Shown: piece after piece, positions 1 to 15,000 of the stretch
Numbering within the stretch: position 1 is the stretch's first letter
How the letters are laid out: each line of letters begins with the position of its first letter
Source: Eledone cirrhosa
Taxonomy: Eukaryota
Reading direction: 5' to 3'
Assembly (NCBI GenBank): GCA_964016885.1
Contig: OZ024743.1
Span: 174,902,001 to 174,966,000 of the forward strand
DNA: 64,000 nt
Translations under genes and position numbers: made by a program
Notes under the pieces: model-generated
Databases searched by the model: none
Told to the model about the DNA's origin: nothing
Seen by the model: the letters and a program-made list of their open reading frames with translations, nothing else

Positions 1-3000
1 TACCTGTTATATGGGATGTAGTCTTTGATATACTGTACCTGTTACATAGGATGGAGGTAGTCTTTGATATACTGTACCTGTTATATAGGATGTAGGTAGT
101 CTTTGATATACTATAGCTGTTATATAGGATGTAGATAGTCTTTGATATACTGTACCTGTTATATAGGATGTAGTCTTTGATATACTGTACCTGTTATATA
201 GGATGAAGGTAGTCTTTGATACACTGTACCTGTTATATAGGATGTAGATAGTCTTTGATATACTGTACCTGTTATATAGTAAGTAGTCTTTGACATAGTG
301 TACCTGTTATATAGGATGTAGGTAGTCTTTGATATACTGTACCTGTTATATAGTATGTAGGTAGTCTTTGATATACTGTACCTGTTATATAGGATGTAGG
401 TAGTCTTTGATATACTGTACATGTTATATAGGATGTAGGTAGTCTTTGATATACTGTACCTGTTATATGGGATGTAGGTAGTCTTTGATATACTGTACCT
501 GTTATATAGGATGTAGGTAGTCTTTGATATACTGTACCTGTTACATAGGATGTAGGTAGTCTTTGATATACTGTACCTGTTATATAGGATGTATGTAGTT
601 TTGATATACTGTACCTCTTATATAGGATGTAGGTAGTCTTTGATATACTGTACCTGTTATATAGGATGTAGGTAGTCTTTTATATACTGTACCTGTTATA
701 TAGGATGTAGGTAGTCTTTGATATACTGTACCTGTTATATAGGATGTAGGTAGTCTTTGATATACTGTACCTGTTATATAGGATGTAGGTAGTCTTTGAT
801 ATACTGTACCTGTTATGTAGGATGTAGGTAGTCTTTGATATACTGTACCTGTTATATAGGATGTAGGTAGTCTTTGATATACTGTACCTGTTATATAGGA
901 TGTAGGTAGTCTTTGATGTACTGTACCTGTTATATAGGATGTAGGTTGTCTTTGATATACTGTACCTGTTATGTAGGATGTAGGTAGTCTTTGATATACT
1001 GTACCTGTTATATAGGATGTAGGTAGTCTTTGATATACTGTACGTGTTATATAAGATGTAGGTAGTCTTTGATATACTGTACCTGTTATATAGGATGTAG
1101 GTAGTCTTTGATATACTGTACCTGTTATATATGATGTAGGTATTCTTTGATAGACTGTACCTGTTATATAGGATGAAGGTAGTCTTTGATATACTGTACC
1201 TGTTATATAGGATGTAGGTAGTCTTTGATATACTGTACCTGTTATATAGGATGTAGGTAGTCTTTGATGTACTGTACCTGTTATATAGGATGTAGGTTGT
1301 CTTTGATATACTGTACCTGTTATACAGGATGTAGGTAGTCTTTGATATACTGTACCTGTTATATAGGATGTAGTCTTTGATATACTGTACCTGTTATATA
1401 AGATGTAGGTAGTCTTTGATATACTGTACCTGTTATATAGGATGTAGGTAGTCTTTGATATAATGTACCTGTTATATATGATGTAGGTATTCTTTGATAG
1501 ACTGTACCTGTTATATAGGATGAAGGTAGTCTTTGATATACTGTACCTGTTATATATGATGTAGGTAGTCTTTGATATACTGTACCTGTTATATAGGATG
1601 TAGGTAGTCTTTGATATACTGTACCTGTTATATAGGATGTCGGTAGTCTTTGATATACTGTACCTGTTATATAGTATGTAGGTAGTCTTTGATATACTGT
1701 ACCTGTTATATAGGATGAAGGTAGTCTTTGATATACTGTACCTGCTATATAGGATGTCGGTAGTCTTTGATATACTGTACCTGTTATATAGGATGTAGGT
1801 AGTCTTTGCTATACTCTACCTGTTATATATGATGTAGGTAGACTTTGATATACTGTACCTGTTATATAGGATGTATGTAGTCTTTGATATACTGTACCTG
1901 TTATATAGGATGTAGGTAGTCTTTGATATATTGTACCTGTTATATAGGATGTAGGTAGTCTTTGATATACTGTACCTGTTATATAGGATGTCGGTAGTCT
2001 TTGATATAATGTACCTGTTATATAGGGTGTAGGTAGTCATTGATATACTGTACCTGTTATATATGATGTAGGTAGTCTTTGATAAACTGTACCTGTTACA
2101 TAGGATGTATGTAGTCTTTGATATACTGTACCTGTTATATAGGATGTAGGTAGTCTTTGATATACTGTACCTGTTATATAGGATGTAGGTAGTCTTTGAT
2201 ATACTGTACCTGTTATATAGGATGTAGGTAGTCTTTGATATAATGTACCTGTTATATAGGATGTATGTAGTCTTTGATATACTGTACCTGTTATATGGGA
2301 TGTAGGTAGTCTTTGATATACTGTACCTGTTATATAGAATGTAGGTAGTCTTTGATATACTGTACCTGTTATATAGGATGTAGGTAGTCTTTGATATACT
2401 GTACCTGTTACATAGGATGTAGGTAGTCTTTGATATACTGTACCTTTTATATAGGATGTAGGTAGTCTTTGATATACTGTACCTGTTATATAGGATGTAG
2501 GTAGTCTTTGATATACTGTACCTGTTATATAGGATGTCGGTAGTCTTTGATATACTGTACCTGTTATATATGATGTAGGTAGTCTTTGATATACTGTACC
2601 TGTTACATAGGATGTAGGTAGTCTTTGATATACTGTACCTGTTACATGAGATGTAGGAAGTCTTTGATATACTGTACCTGTTATATAGGATGTAGGTAGT
2701 CTTTGATATACTGTACCTGTTATATGGGATGTAGGTAGTCTTTGATATACTGTACCTGTTATATAGGATGTAGGTAGTGTTTGATATACTGTACCTGTTA
2801 TATAGGATGTAGGTAGTCTTTGATATACTGTACCTGTTATATAGGATGTAGGTAGTCTTTGATATACTGTACCTGTTATATAGGATGTCGGTAGTCTTTG
2901 ATATACTGTACCTGTTATATGACATGTAGGAAGTCTTTGATATACTGTACCTGTTATATGACGTGTAGGAAGTCTTTGATATACTGTACCTGTTATATAG

Positions 3001-6000
3001 GATGTAGGTAGTCTTTGATATACTGTACCTGTTATATAGGATGTAGGTAGTCTTTGATATACTGTACCTGTTATATAGGATGTAGTCTTTGATATACTGT
3101 ACCTGTTATATAAGATGTAGGTAGTCTTTGATATACTGTACCTGTTATATAGGATGTAGGTAGTCTTTGATATACTGTACCTTTTATATAGGATGTAGGT
3201 AGTCTTTGATATACTGTACCTGTTATATAGGATGTAGGTAGTCTTTGATATACTGTACCTGTTATATAGGATGTCGGTAGTCTTTGATATACTGTACCTG
3301 TTATATATGATGTAGGTAGTCTTTGATATACTGTACCTGTTACATAGGATGTAGGTAGTCTTTGATATACTGTACCTGTTACATGAGATGTAGGAAGTCT
3401 TTGATATACTGTACCTGTTATATAGGATGTAGGTAGTCTTTGATATACTGTACCTGTTATATGGGATGTAGGTAGTCTTTGATATACTGTACCTGTTATA
3501 TAGGATGTAGGTAGTGTTTGATATACTGTACCTGTTATATAGGATGTAGGTAGTCTTTGATATACTGTACCTGTTATATAGGATGTAGGTAGTCTTTGAT
3601 ATACTGTACCTGTTATATAGGATGTCGGTAGTCTTTGATATACTGTACCTGTTATATGACATGTAGGAAGTCTTTGATATACTGTACCTGTTATATGACG
3701 TGTAGGAAGTCTTTGATATACTGTACCTGTTATATAGGATGTAGGTAGTCTTTGATATACTGTACCTGTTATATAGGATGTAGGTAGTCTTTGATAGACT
3801 GTACCTGTTATATAGGATGAAGGTAGTCTTTGATATACTGTACCTGTTATATATGATGTAGGTAGTCTTTGATATACTGTACTTGTTATATAGGATGTAG
3901 TCTTTGATATACTGTACCTGTTATATAGGATGTAGGTAGTCTTTGATATAGTGTAACTGTTATATAGGATGTAGATAGTCTTTGATGCACTGTACCTGTT
4001 ATATGGGATGTAGTCTTTGATATACTGTACCTGTTATATAGGATGTAGGTAGTCTTTGATATACTGTACCTGTTATATAGGATGTAGGTAGTCTTTGATA
4101 TACTGTACCTGTTATATAGGATGTAGGTAGTCTTTGATATACTGTACCTGTTATGTAGGATGCAGGTAGTCTTTGATATACTGTACCTGTTATATAGGAT
4201 GTAGGTAGTCTTTGATATACTGTACCTGTTATATGGGATGTAGGTAGTCTTTGATGTACTGTACCTGTTATATAGGATGTAGGTAGTCTTTGATATACTG
4301 TACCTGTTATATAGGATGTAGGTAGTCTTTGATATACTGTACCTGTTATATAGGATGTAGTCTTTGATATACTGTACCTGTTATATAAGATGTAGGTAGT
4401 CTTTGATATACTGTACCTGTTATATAGGATGTAGGTAGTCTTTGATATACTGTACCTGTTATATAGGATGTAGGTAGTCTTTGATATACTGTACCTGTTA
4501 TATAGGATGTAGGTAGTCTTTGATATACTGTACCTGTTATATAGGATGTAGGTAGTCTTTGATATACTTTACCTGTCATATAGGATGTAGGTAGTCTTTG
4601 ATATACTGTACCTGTTATATAGGATGTAGGTTGTCTTTGATATACTGTACCTGTTATATAGGATGTAGGTAGTCTTTGATATACTGTACATGTTATATAG
4701 GATGTAGGTAGTCTTTGATATACTGTACCTGTTATATAGGATGTAGGTAGTCTTTGATATACTGTACCTGTTATATAGGATGTAGGTAGTCTTTGATATA
4801 CTGTACCTGTTATATAGGATGTAGGTAGTCTTGGATATACTGTACCTGTTATATAGGATGTAGGTAGACTTTGATATACTATACCTGTTATATAGGATCT
4901 AGGTAGTCTTTGATATACTGTACCTGTTATATAGGATGTAGATAGTCTTTGATATACTGTACCTGTTATATAGCATGTAGGTAGTCTTTGATATACTGTA
5001 CCTGTTACATAGGATGTAGGTAGTCTTTGATATACTGTAACTGTTATATAGGATGTAGTCTTTGATATACTGTACCTGTTATATAGGATGTAGGTAGTCT
5101 TTGATATACTGTACCTGTTATATAGGATGTAGTCTTTGATATACTGTACCTGTTATATAAGATGTAGGTAGTCTTTGATATAGTGTAACTGTTATATAGG
5201 ATGTAGATAGTCTTTGATGCACTGTACCTGTTATATGGGATGTAGTCTTTGATATACTGTACCTGTTACATAGGATGGAGGTAGTCTTTGATATACTGTA
5301 CCTGTTATATAGGATGTAGGTAGTCTTTGATATACTATAGCTGTTATATAGGATGTAGATAGTCTTTGATATACTGTACCTGTTATATAGGATGTAGTCT
5401 TTGATATACTGTACCTGTTATATAGGATGAAGGTAGTCTTTGATACACTGTACCTGTTATATAGGATGTAGATAGTCTTTGATATACTGTACCTGTTATA
5501 TAGTAAGTAGTCTTTGACATAGTGTACCTGTTATATAGGATGTAGGTAGTCTTTGATATACTGTACCTGTTATATAGTATGTAGGTAGTCTTTGATATAC
5601 TGTACCTGTTATATAGGATGTAGGTAGTCTTTGATATACTGTACATGTTATATAGGATGTAGGTAGTCTTTGATATACTGTACCTGTTATATGGGATGTA
5701 GGTAGTCTTTGATATACTGTACCTGTTATATAGGATGTAGGTAGTCTTTGATATACTGTACCTGTTACATAGGATGTAGGTAGTCTTTGATATACTGTAC
5801 CTGTTATATAGGATGTATGTAGTTTTGATATACTGTACCTCTTATATAGGATGTAGGTAGTCTTTGATATACTGTACCTGTTATATAGGATGTAGGTAGT
5901 CTTTTATATACTGTACCTGTTATATAGGATGTAGGTAGTCTTTGATATACTGTACCTGTTATATAGGATGTAGGTAGTCTTTGATATACTGTACCTGTTA

Positions 6001-9000
6001 TATAGGATGTAGGTAGTCTTTGATATACTGTACCTGTTATGTAGGATGTAGGTAGTCTTTGATATACTGTACCTGTTATATAGGATGTAGGTAGTCTTTG
6101 ATATACTGTACCTGTTATATAGGATGTAGGTAGTCTTTGATGTACTGTACCTGTTATATAGGATGTAGGTTGTCTTTGATATACTGTACCTGTTATGTAG
6201 GATGTAGGTAGTCTTTGATATACTGTACCTGTTATATAGGATGTAGGTAGTCTTTGATATACTGTACGTGTTATATAAGATGTAGGTAGTCTTTGATATA
6301 CTGTACCTGTTATATAGGATGTAGGTAGTCTTTGATATACTGTACCTGTTATATATGATGTAGGTATTCTTTGATAGACTGTACCTGTTATATAGGATGA
6401 AGGTAGTCTTTGATATACTGTACCTGTTATATAGGATGTAGGTAGTCTTTGATATACTGTACCTGTTATATAGGATGTAGGTAGTCTTTGATGTACTGTA
6501 CCTGTTATATAGGATGTAGGTTGTCTTTGATATACTGTACCTGTTATACAGGATGTAGGTAGTCTTTGATATACTGTACCTGTTATATAGGATGTAGTCT
6601 TTGATATACTGTACCTGTTATATAAGATGTAGGTAGTCTTTGATATACTGTACCTGTTATATAGGATGTAGGTAGTCTTTGATATAATGTACCTGTTATA
6701 TATGATGTAGGTATTCTTTGATAGACTGTACCTGTTATATAGGATGAAGGTAGTCTTTGATATACTGTACCTGTTATATATGATGTAGGTAGTCTTTGAT
6801 ATACTGTACCTGTTATATAGGATGTAGGTAGTCTTTGATATACTGTACCTGTTATATAGGATGTCGGTAGTCTTTGATATACTGTACCTGTTATATAGTA
6901 TGTAGGTAGTCTTTGATATACTGTACCTGTTATATAGGATGAAGGTAGTCTTTGATATACTGTACCTGCTATATAGGATGTCGGTAGTCTTTGATATACT
7001 GTACCTGTTATATAGGATGTAGGTAGTCTTTGCTATACTCTACCTGTTATATATGATGTAGGTAGACTTTGATATACTGTACCTGTTATATAGGATGTAT
7101 GTAGTCTTTGATATACTGTACCTGTTATATAGGATGTAGGTAGTCTTTGATATATTGTACCTGTTATATAGGATGTAGGTAGTCTTTGATATACTGTACC
7201 TGTTATATAGGATGTCGGTAGTCTTTGATATAATGTACCTGTTATATAGGGTGTAGGTAGTCATTGATATACTGTACCTGTTATATATGATGTAGGTAGT
7301 CTTTGATAAACTGTACCTGTTACATAGGATGTATGTAGTCTTTGATATACTGTACCTGTTATATAGGATGTAGGTAGTCTTTGATATACTGTACCTGTTA
7401 TATAGGATGTAGGTAGTCTTTGATATACTGTACCTGTTATATAGGATGTAGGTAGTCTTTGATATAATGTACCTGTTATATAGGATGTATGTAGTCTTTG
7501 ATATACTGTACCTGTTATATGGGATGTAGGTAGTCTTTGATATACTGTACCTGTTATATAGGATGTAGGTAGTCTTTGATATACTGTACCTGTTATATAG
7601 AATGTAGGTAGTCTTTGATATACTGTACCTGTTATATAGGATGTAGGTAGTCTTTGATATACTGTACCTGTTACATAGGATGTAGGTAGTCTTTGATATA
7701 CTGTACCTTTTATATAGGATGTAGGTAGTCTTTGATATACTGTACCTGTTATATAGGATGTAGGTAGTCTTTGATATACTGTACCTGTTATATAGGATGT
7801 CGGTAGTCTTTGATATACTGTACCTGTTATATAGGATGTAGGTAGTCTTTGATATACTGTACCTGTTATATAGGATGTCGGTAGTCTTTGATATACTGTA
7901 CCTGTTATATAGTATGTAGGTAGTCTTTGATATACTGTACCTGTTATATAGGATGAAGGTAGTCTTTGATATACTGTACCTGTTATATAGGATGTCGGTA
8001 GTCTTTGATATACTGTACCTGTTATATAGGATGTAGGTAGTCTTTGCTATACTCTACCTGTTATATATGATGTAGGTAGTCTTTGATATACTGTACCTGT
8101 TATATAGGATGTATGTAGTCTTTGATATACTGTACCTGTTATATAGGATGTAGGTAGTCTTTGATATACTGTACCTGTTATATAGGATGTAGGTAGTCTT
8201 TGATATACTGTACCTGTTACATAGGATGTAGGTAGTCTTTGATATACTGTACCTTTTATATAGGATGTAGGTAGTCTTTGATATACTGTACCTGTTATAT
8301 AGGATGTAGGTAGTCTTTGATATACTGTACCTGTTATATAGGATGTCGGTAGTCTTTGATATACTGTACCTGTTATATATGATGTAGGTAGTCTTTGATA
8401 TACTGTACCTGTTACATAGGATGTAGGTAGTCTTTGATATACTGTACCTGTTACATGAGATGTAGGAAGTCTTTGATATACTGTACCTGTTATATAGGAT
8501 GTAGGTAGTCTTTGATATACTGTACCTGTTATATAGGATGTAGGTAGTCTTTGATATACTGTACCTGTCATATAGGATGTCGGTAGTCTTTGATATACTG
8601 TACCTGTTATATGACATGTAGGAAGTCTTTGATATACTGTACCTGTTATATGACATGTAGGAAGTCTTTGATATACTGTACCTGTTATATAGGATGTAGG
8701 TAGTCTTTGATATACTGTACCTGTTATATAGGATGTAGGTAGTGTTTGATATACTGTACCTGTTATATAGGATGTAGGTAGTGTTTGATATACTGTACCT
8801 GTTACATAGGATGTATGTAGTCTTTGATATACTGTACCTGTTACATAGGATGTAGGTAGTCTTTGATATACTGTACCTGTTATATAGGATGTAGGTAGTC
8901 TTTGATATACTGTACCTGTTATATAGGATGTCGGTAGTCTTTGATATAATGTACCTGTTATATAGGATGTAGGTAGTCTTTGATATACTGTACCTGTTAT

Positions 9001-12000
9001 ATAGGATGTAGGTAGTGTTTGATATACTGTACCTGTTATATAGGATGTAGGTAGTCTTTGATATACTGTACCTGTTATATAGGATGTAGGTAGTCTTTGA
9101 TATACTGTACCTGTTATATAGGATGTCGGTAGTCTTTGATATACTGTACCTGTTATATAGGGTGTAGGTAGTCTTTGATATACTGTACCTGTTATATATG
9201 ATGTAGGTAGTCTTTGATAAACTGTACCTGTTACATAGGATGTATGTAGTCTTTGATATACTGTACCTGTTATATAGGATGTAGGTAGTCTTTGATATAC
9301 TGTACCTGTTATATAGGATGTAGGTAGTCTTTGATATACTGTACCTGTTACATAGGATGTCGGTAGTCTTTGATATACTGTACCTGTTATATATGATGTA
9401 GGTAGTCTTTGATATACTGTACCTGTTACATAGGATGTAGGTAGTCCTTGATATACTGTACCTGTTACATGAGATGTAGGAAGTCTTTGATATACTGTAC
9501 CTGTTATATAGGATGCAGGTAGTCTTTGATATACTGTACCTGTTATATAGGATGTAGGTAGTCTTTGATATACTGTACCTGTTATATAGGATGTAGGTAG
9601 TCTTTGATATACTGTACCTGTTATATAGGATGTAGGTAGTCTTTGATATACTGTACCTGTTATATAGGATGTAGGTAGTCTTTGATATACTGTACCTGTT
9701 ATATAGGATGTCGGTAGTCTTTGATATACTGTACCTGTTATATGACATGTAGGAAGTCTTTGATATACTGTACCTGTTATATGACGTGTTGGAAGTCTTT
9801 GATATACTGTACCTGTTATATAGGATGTAGGTAGTCTTTGATATACTGTACCTGTTATATAGGATGTAGGTAGTCTTTGATATACTGTACCTGTTATATA
9901 GGATGTATGTAGTGTTTGATATACTGTACCTGTTACATAGGATGTATGTAGTCTTTGATATACTGTACCTGTTATATATGATGTAGGTATTCTTTGATAG
10001 ACTGTACCTGTTATATAGGATGAAGGTAGTCTTTGATATACTGTACCTGTTATATATGATGTAGGTAGTCTTTGATATACTGTACTTGTTATATAGGATG
10101 TAGTCTTTGATATACTGTACCTGTTATATAGGATGTAGGTAGTCTTTGATATAGTGTAACTGTTATATAGGATGTAGATAGTCTTTGATGCACTGTACCT
10201 GTTATATGGGATGTAGTCTTTGATATACTGTACCTGTTATATATGATGTAGGTAGTCTTTGATATACTGTACCTGTTATATAGGATGTAGGTAGTCTTTG
10301 ATATACTGTACCTGTTATATAGGATGTAGGTAGTCTTTGATATACTGTACCTGTTATGTAGGATGCAGGTAGTCTTTGATATACTGTACCTGTTATATAG
10401 GATGTAGGTAGTCTTTGTTATACTGTACCTGTTATATGGGATGTAGGTAGTCTTTGATGTACTGTACCTGTTATATAGGATGTAGGTAGTCTTTGATATA
10501 CTGTACCTGTTATATAGGATGTAGGTAGTCTTTGATATACTGTACCTGTTATATAGGATGTAGTCTTTGATATACTGTACCTGTTATATAAGATGTAGGT
10601 AGTCTTTGATATACTGTACCTGTTATATAGGATGTAGGTAGTCTTTGATATACTGTACCTGTTATATAGGATGTAGGTAGTCTTTGCTATACTCTACCTG
10701 TTATATATGATGTAGGTAGTCTTTGATATACTGTACCTGTTATATAGGATGTATGTAGTCTTTGATATACTGTACCTGTTATATAGGATGTAGGTAGTCT
10801 TTGATATACTGTACCTGTTATATAGGATGTAGGTAGTCTTTGATATACTGTACCTGTTATATAGGATGTCGGTAGTCTTTGATATACTGTACCTGTTATA
10901 TAGGGTGTAGGTAGTCATTGATATACTGTACCTGTTATATATGATGTAGGTAGTCTTTGATAAACTGTACCTGTTACATAGGATGTATGTAGTCTTTGAT
11001 ATACTGTACCTGTTATATAGGATGTAGGTAGTCTTTGATATACTGTACCTGTTATATAGGATGTAGGTAGTCTTTGATATACTGTACCTGTTATATAGGA
11101 TGTAGGTAGTCTTTGATATAATGTACCTGTTATATAGGATGTATGTAGTCTTTGATATACTGTACCTGTTATATGGGATGTAGGTAGTCTTTGATATACT
11201 GTACCTGTTATATAGGATGTAGGTAGTCTTTGATATACTGTACCTGTTATATAGAATGTAGGTAGTCTTTGATATACTGTACCTGTTATATAGGATGTAG
11301 GTAGTCTTTGATATACTGTACCTGTTACATAGGATGTAGGTAGTCTTTGATATACTGTACCTTTTATATAGGATGTAGGTAGTCTTTGATATACTGTACC
11401 TGTTATATAGGATGTAGGTAGTCTTTGATATACTGTACCTGTTATATATGATGTAGGTAGTCTTTGATATACTGTACCTGTTACATAGGATGTAGGTAGT
11501 CTTTGATATACTGTACCTGTTACATGAGATGTAGGAAGTCTTTGATATACTGTACCTGTTATATAGGATGTAGGTAGTCTTTGATATACTGTACCTGTTA
11601 TATAGGATGTAGGTAGTCTTTGATATACTGTACCTGTCATATAGGATGTCGGTAGTCTTTGATATACTGTACCTGTTATATGACATGTAGGAAGTCTTTG
11701 ATATACTGTACCTGTTATATGACATGTAGGAAGTCTTTGATATACTGTACCTTTTATATAGGATGTAGGTAGTCTTTGATATACTGTACCTGTTATATAG
11801 GATGTAGGTAGTGTTTGATATACTGTACCTGTTATATAGGATGTAGGTAGTGTTTGATATACTGTACCTGTTACATAGGATGTATGTAGTCTTTGATATA
11901 CTGTACCTGTTACATAGGATGTAGGTAGACTTTGATATACTGTACCTGTTATATAGGATGTAGGTAGTCTTTGATATACTGTACCTGTTATATAGGATGT

Positions 12001-15000
12001 CGGTAGTCTTTGATATAATGTACCTGTTATATAGGATGTAGGTAGTCTTTGATATACTGTACCTGTTATATAGGATGTAGGTAGTGTTTGATATACTGTA
12101 CCTGTTATATAGGATGTAGGTAGTCTTTGATATACTGTACCTGTTATATAGGATGTAGGTAGTCTTTGATATACTGTACCTGTTATATAGGATGTCGGTA
12201 GTCTTTGATATACTGTACCTGTTATATAGGGTGTAGGTAGTCTTTGATATACTGTACCTGTTATATATGATGTAGGTAGTCTTTGATAAACTGTACCTGT
12301 TACATAGGATGTATGTAGTCTTTGATATACTGTACCTGTTATATAGGATGTAGGTAGTCTTTGATATACTGTACCTGTTATATAGGATGTAGGTAGTCTT
12401 TGATATACTGTACCTGTTACATAGGATGTCGGTAGTCTTTGATATACTGTACCTGTTATATATGATGTAGGTAGTCTTTGATATACTGTACCTGTTATAT
12501 AGGATGTAGGTAGTGTTTGATATACTGTACCTGTTATATAGGATGTAGGTAGTCTTTGATATACTGTACCTGTTACATAGGATGTCGGTAGTCTTTGATA
12601 TACTGTACCTGTTATATAGGATGTAGGTAGTCTTTGATATACTGTACCTGTTATATAGGATGTAGGTAGTCTTTGATATACTGTACCTGTTATGTAGGAT
12701 GCAGGTAGTCTTTGATATACTGTACCTGTTATATAGGATGTAGGTAGTCTTTGTTATACTGTACCTGTTATATGGGATGTAGGTAGTCTTTGATGTACTG
12801 TACCTGTTATATAGGATGTAGGTAGTCTTTGATATACTGTACCTGTTATATAGGATGTAGGTAGTCTTTGATATACTGTACCTGTTATATAGGATGTAGT
12901 CTTTGATATACTGTACCTGTTATATAAGATGTAGGTAGTCTTTGATATACTGTACCTGTTATATAGGATGTAGGTAGTCTTTGATATACTGTACCTGTTA
13001 CATGAGATGTAGGAAGTCTTTGATATACTGTACCTGTTATATAGGATGTAGGTAGTCTTTGATATACTGTACCTGTTATATAGGATGTAGGTAGTCTTTG
13101 ATATACTGTACCTGTCATATAGGATGTCGGTAGTCTTTGATATACTGTACCTGTTATATGACATGTAGGAAGTCTTTGATATACTGTACCTGTTATATGA
13201 CATGTAGGAAGTCTTTGATATACTGTACCTTTTATATAGGATGTAGGTAGTCTTTGATATACTGTACCTGTTATATAGGATGTAGGTAGTGTTTGATATA
13301 CTGTACCTGTTATATAGGATGTAGGTAGTGTTTGATATACTGTACCTGTTACATAGGATGTATGTAGTCTTTGATATACTGTACCTGTTACATAGGATGT
13401 AGGTAGTCTTTGATATACTGTACCTGTTATATAGGATGTAGGTAGTCTTTGATATACTGTACCTGTTATATAGGATGTCGGTAGTCTTTGATATAATGTA
13501 CCTGTTATATAGGATGTAGGTAGTCTTTGATATACTGTACCTGTTATATAGGATGTAGGTAGTGTTTGATATACTGTACCTGTTATATAGGATGTAGGTA
13601 GTCTTTGATATACTGTACCTGTTATATAGGATGTAGGTAGTCTTTGATATACTGTACCTGTTATATAGGATGTCGGTAGTCTTTGATATACTGTACCTGT
13701 TATATAGGGTGTAGGTAGTCTTTGATATACTGTACCTGTTATATATGATGTAGGTAGTCTTTGATAAACTGTACCTGTTACATAGGATGTATGTAGTCTT
13801 TGATATACTGTACCTGTTATATAGGATGTAGGTAGTCTTTGATATACTGTACCTGTTATATAGGATGTAGGTAGTCTTTGATATACTGTACCTGTTACAT
13901 AGGATGTCGGTAGTCTTTGATATACTGTACCTGTTATATATGATGTAGGTAGTCTTTGATATACTGTACCTGTTATATAGGATGTAGGTAGTGTTTGATA
14001 TACTGTACCTGTTATATAGGATGTAGGTAGTCTTTGATATACTGTACCTGTTACATAGGATGTCGGTAGTCTTTGATATACTGTACCTGTTATATAGGAT
14101 GTAGGTAGTCTTTGATATACTGTACCTGTTATATAGGATGTAGGTAGTCTTTGATATACTGTACCTGTTATGTAGGATGCAGGTAGTCTTTGATATACTG
14201 TACCTGTTATATAGGATGTAGGTAGTCTTTGTTATACTGTACCTGTTATATGGGATGTAGGTAGTCTTTGATGTACTGTACCTGTTATATAGGATGTAGG
14301 TAGTCTTTGATATACTGTACCTGTTATATAGGATGTAGGTAGTCTTTGATATACTGTACCTGTTATATAGGATGTAGTCTTTGATATACTGTACCTGTTA
14401 TATAAGATGTAGGTAGTCTTTGATATACTGTACCTGTTATATAGGATGTAGGTAGTCTTTGATATACTGTACCTGTTATATAGGATGTAGGTAGTCTTTG
14501 CTATACTCTACCTGTTATATATGATGTAGGTAGTCTTTGATATACTGTACCTGTTATATAGGATGTATGTAGTCTTTGATATACTGTACCTGTTATATAG
14601 GATGTAGGTAGTCTTTGATATACTGTACCTGTTATATAGGATGTAGGTAGTCTTTGATATACTGTACCTGTTATATAGGATGTCGGTAGTCTTTGATATA
14701 CTGTACCTGTTATATAGGGTGTAGGTAGTCATTGATATACTGTACCTGTTATATATGATGTAGGTAGTCTTTGATAAACTGTACCTGTTACATAGGATGT
14801 ATGTAGTCTTTGATATACTGTACCTGTTATATAGGATGTAGGTAGTCTTTGATATACTGTACCTGTTATATAGGATGTAGGTAGTCTTTGATATACTGTA
14901 CCTGTTATATAGGATGTAGGTAGTCTTTGATATAATGTACCTGTTATATAGGATGTATGTAGTCTTTGATATACTGTACCTGTTATATGGGATGTAGGTA

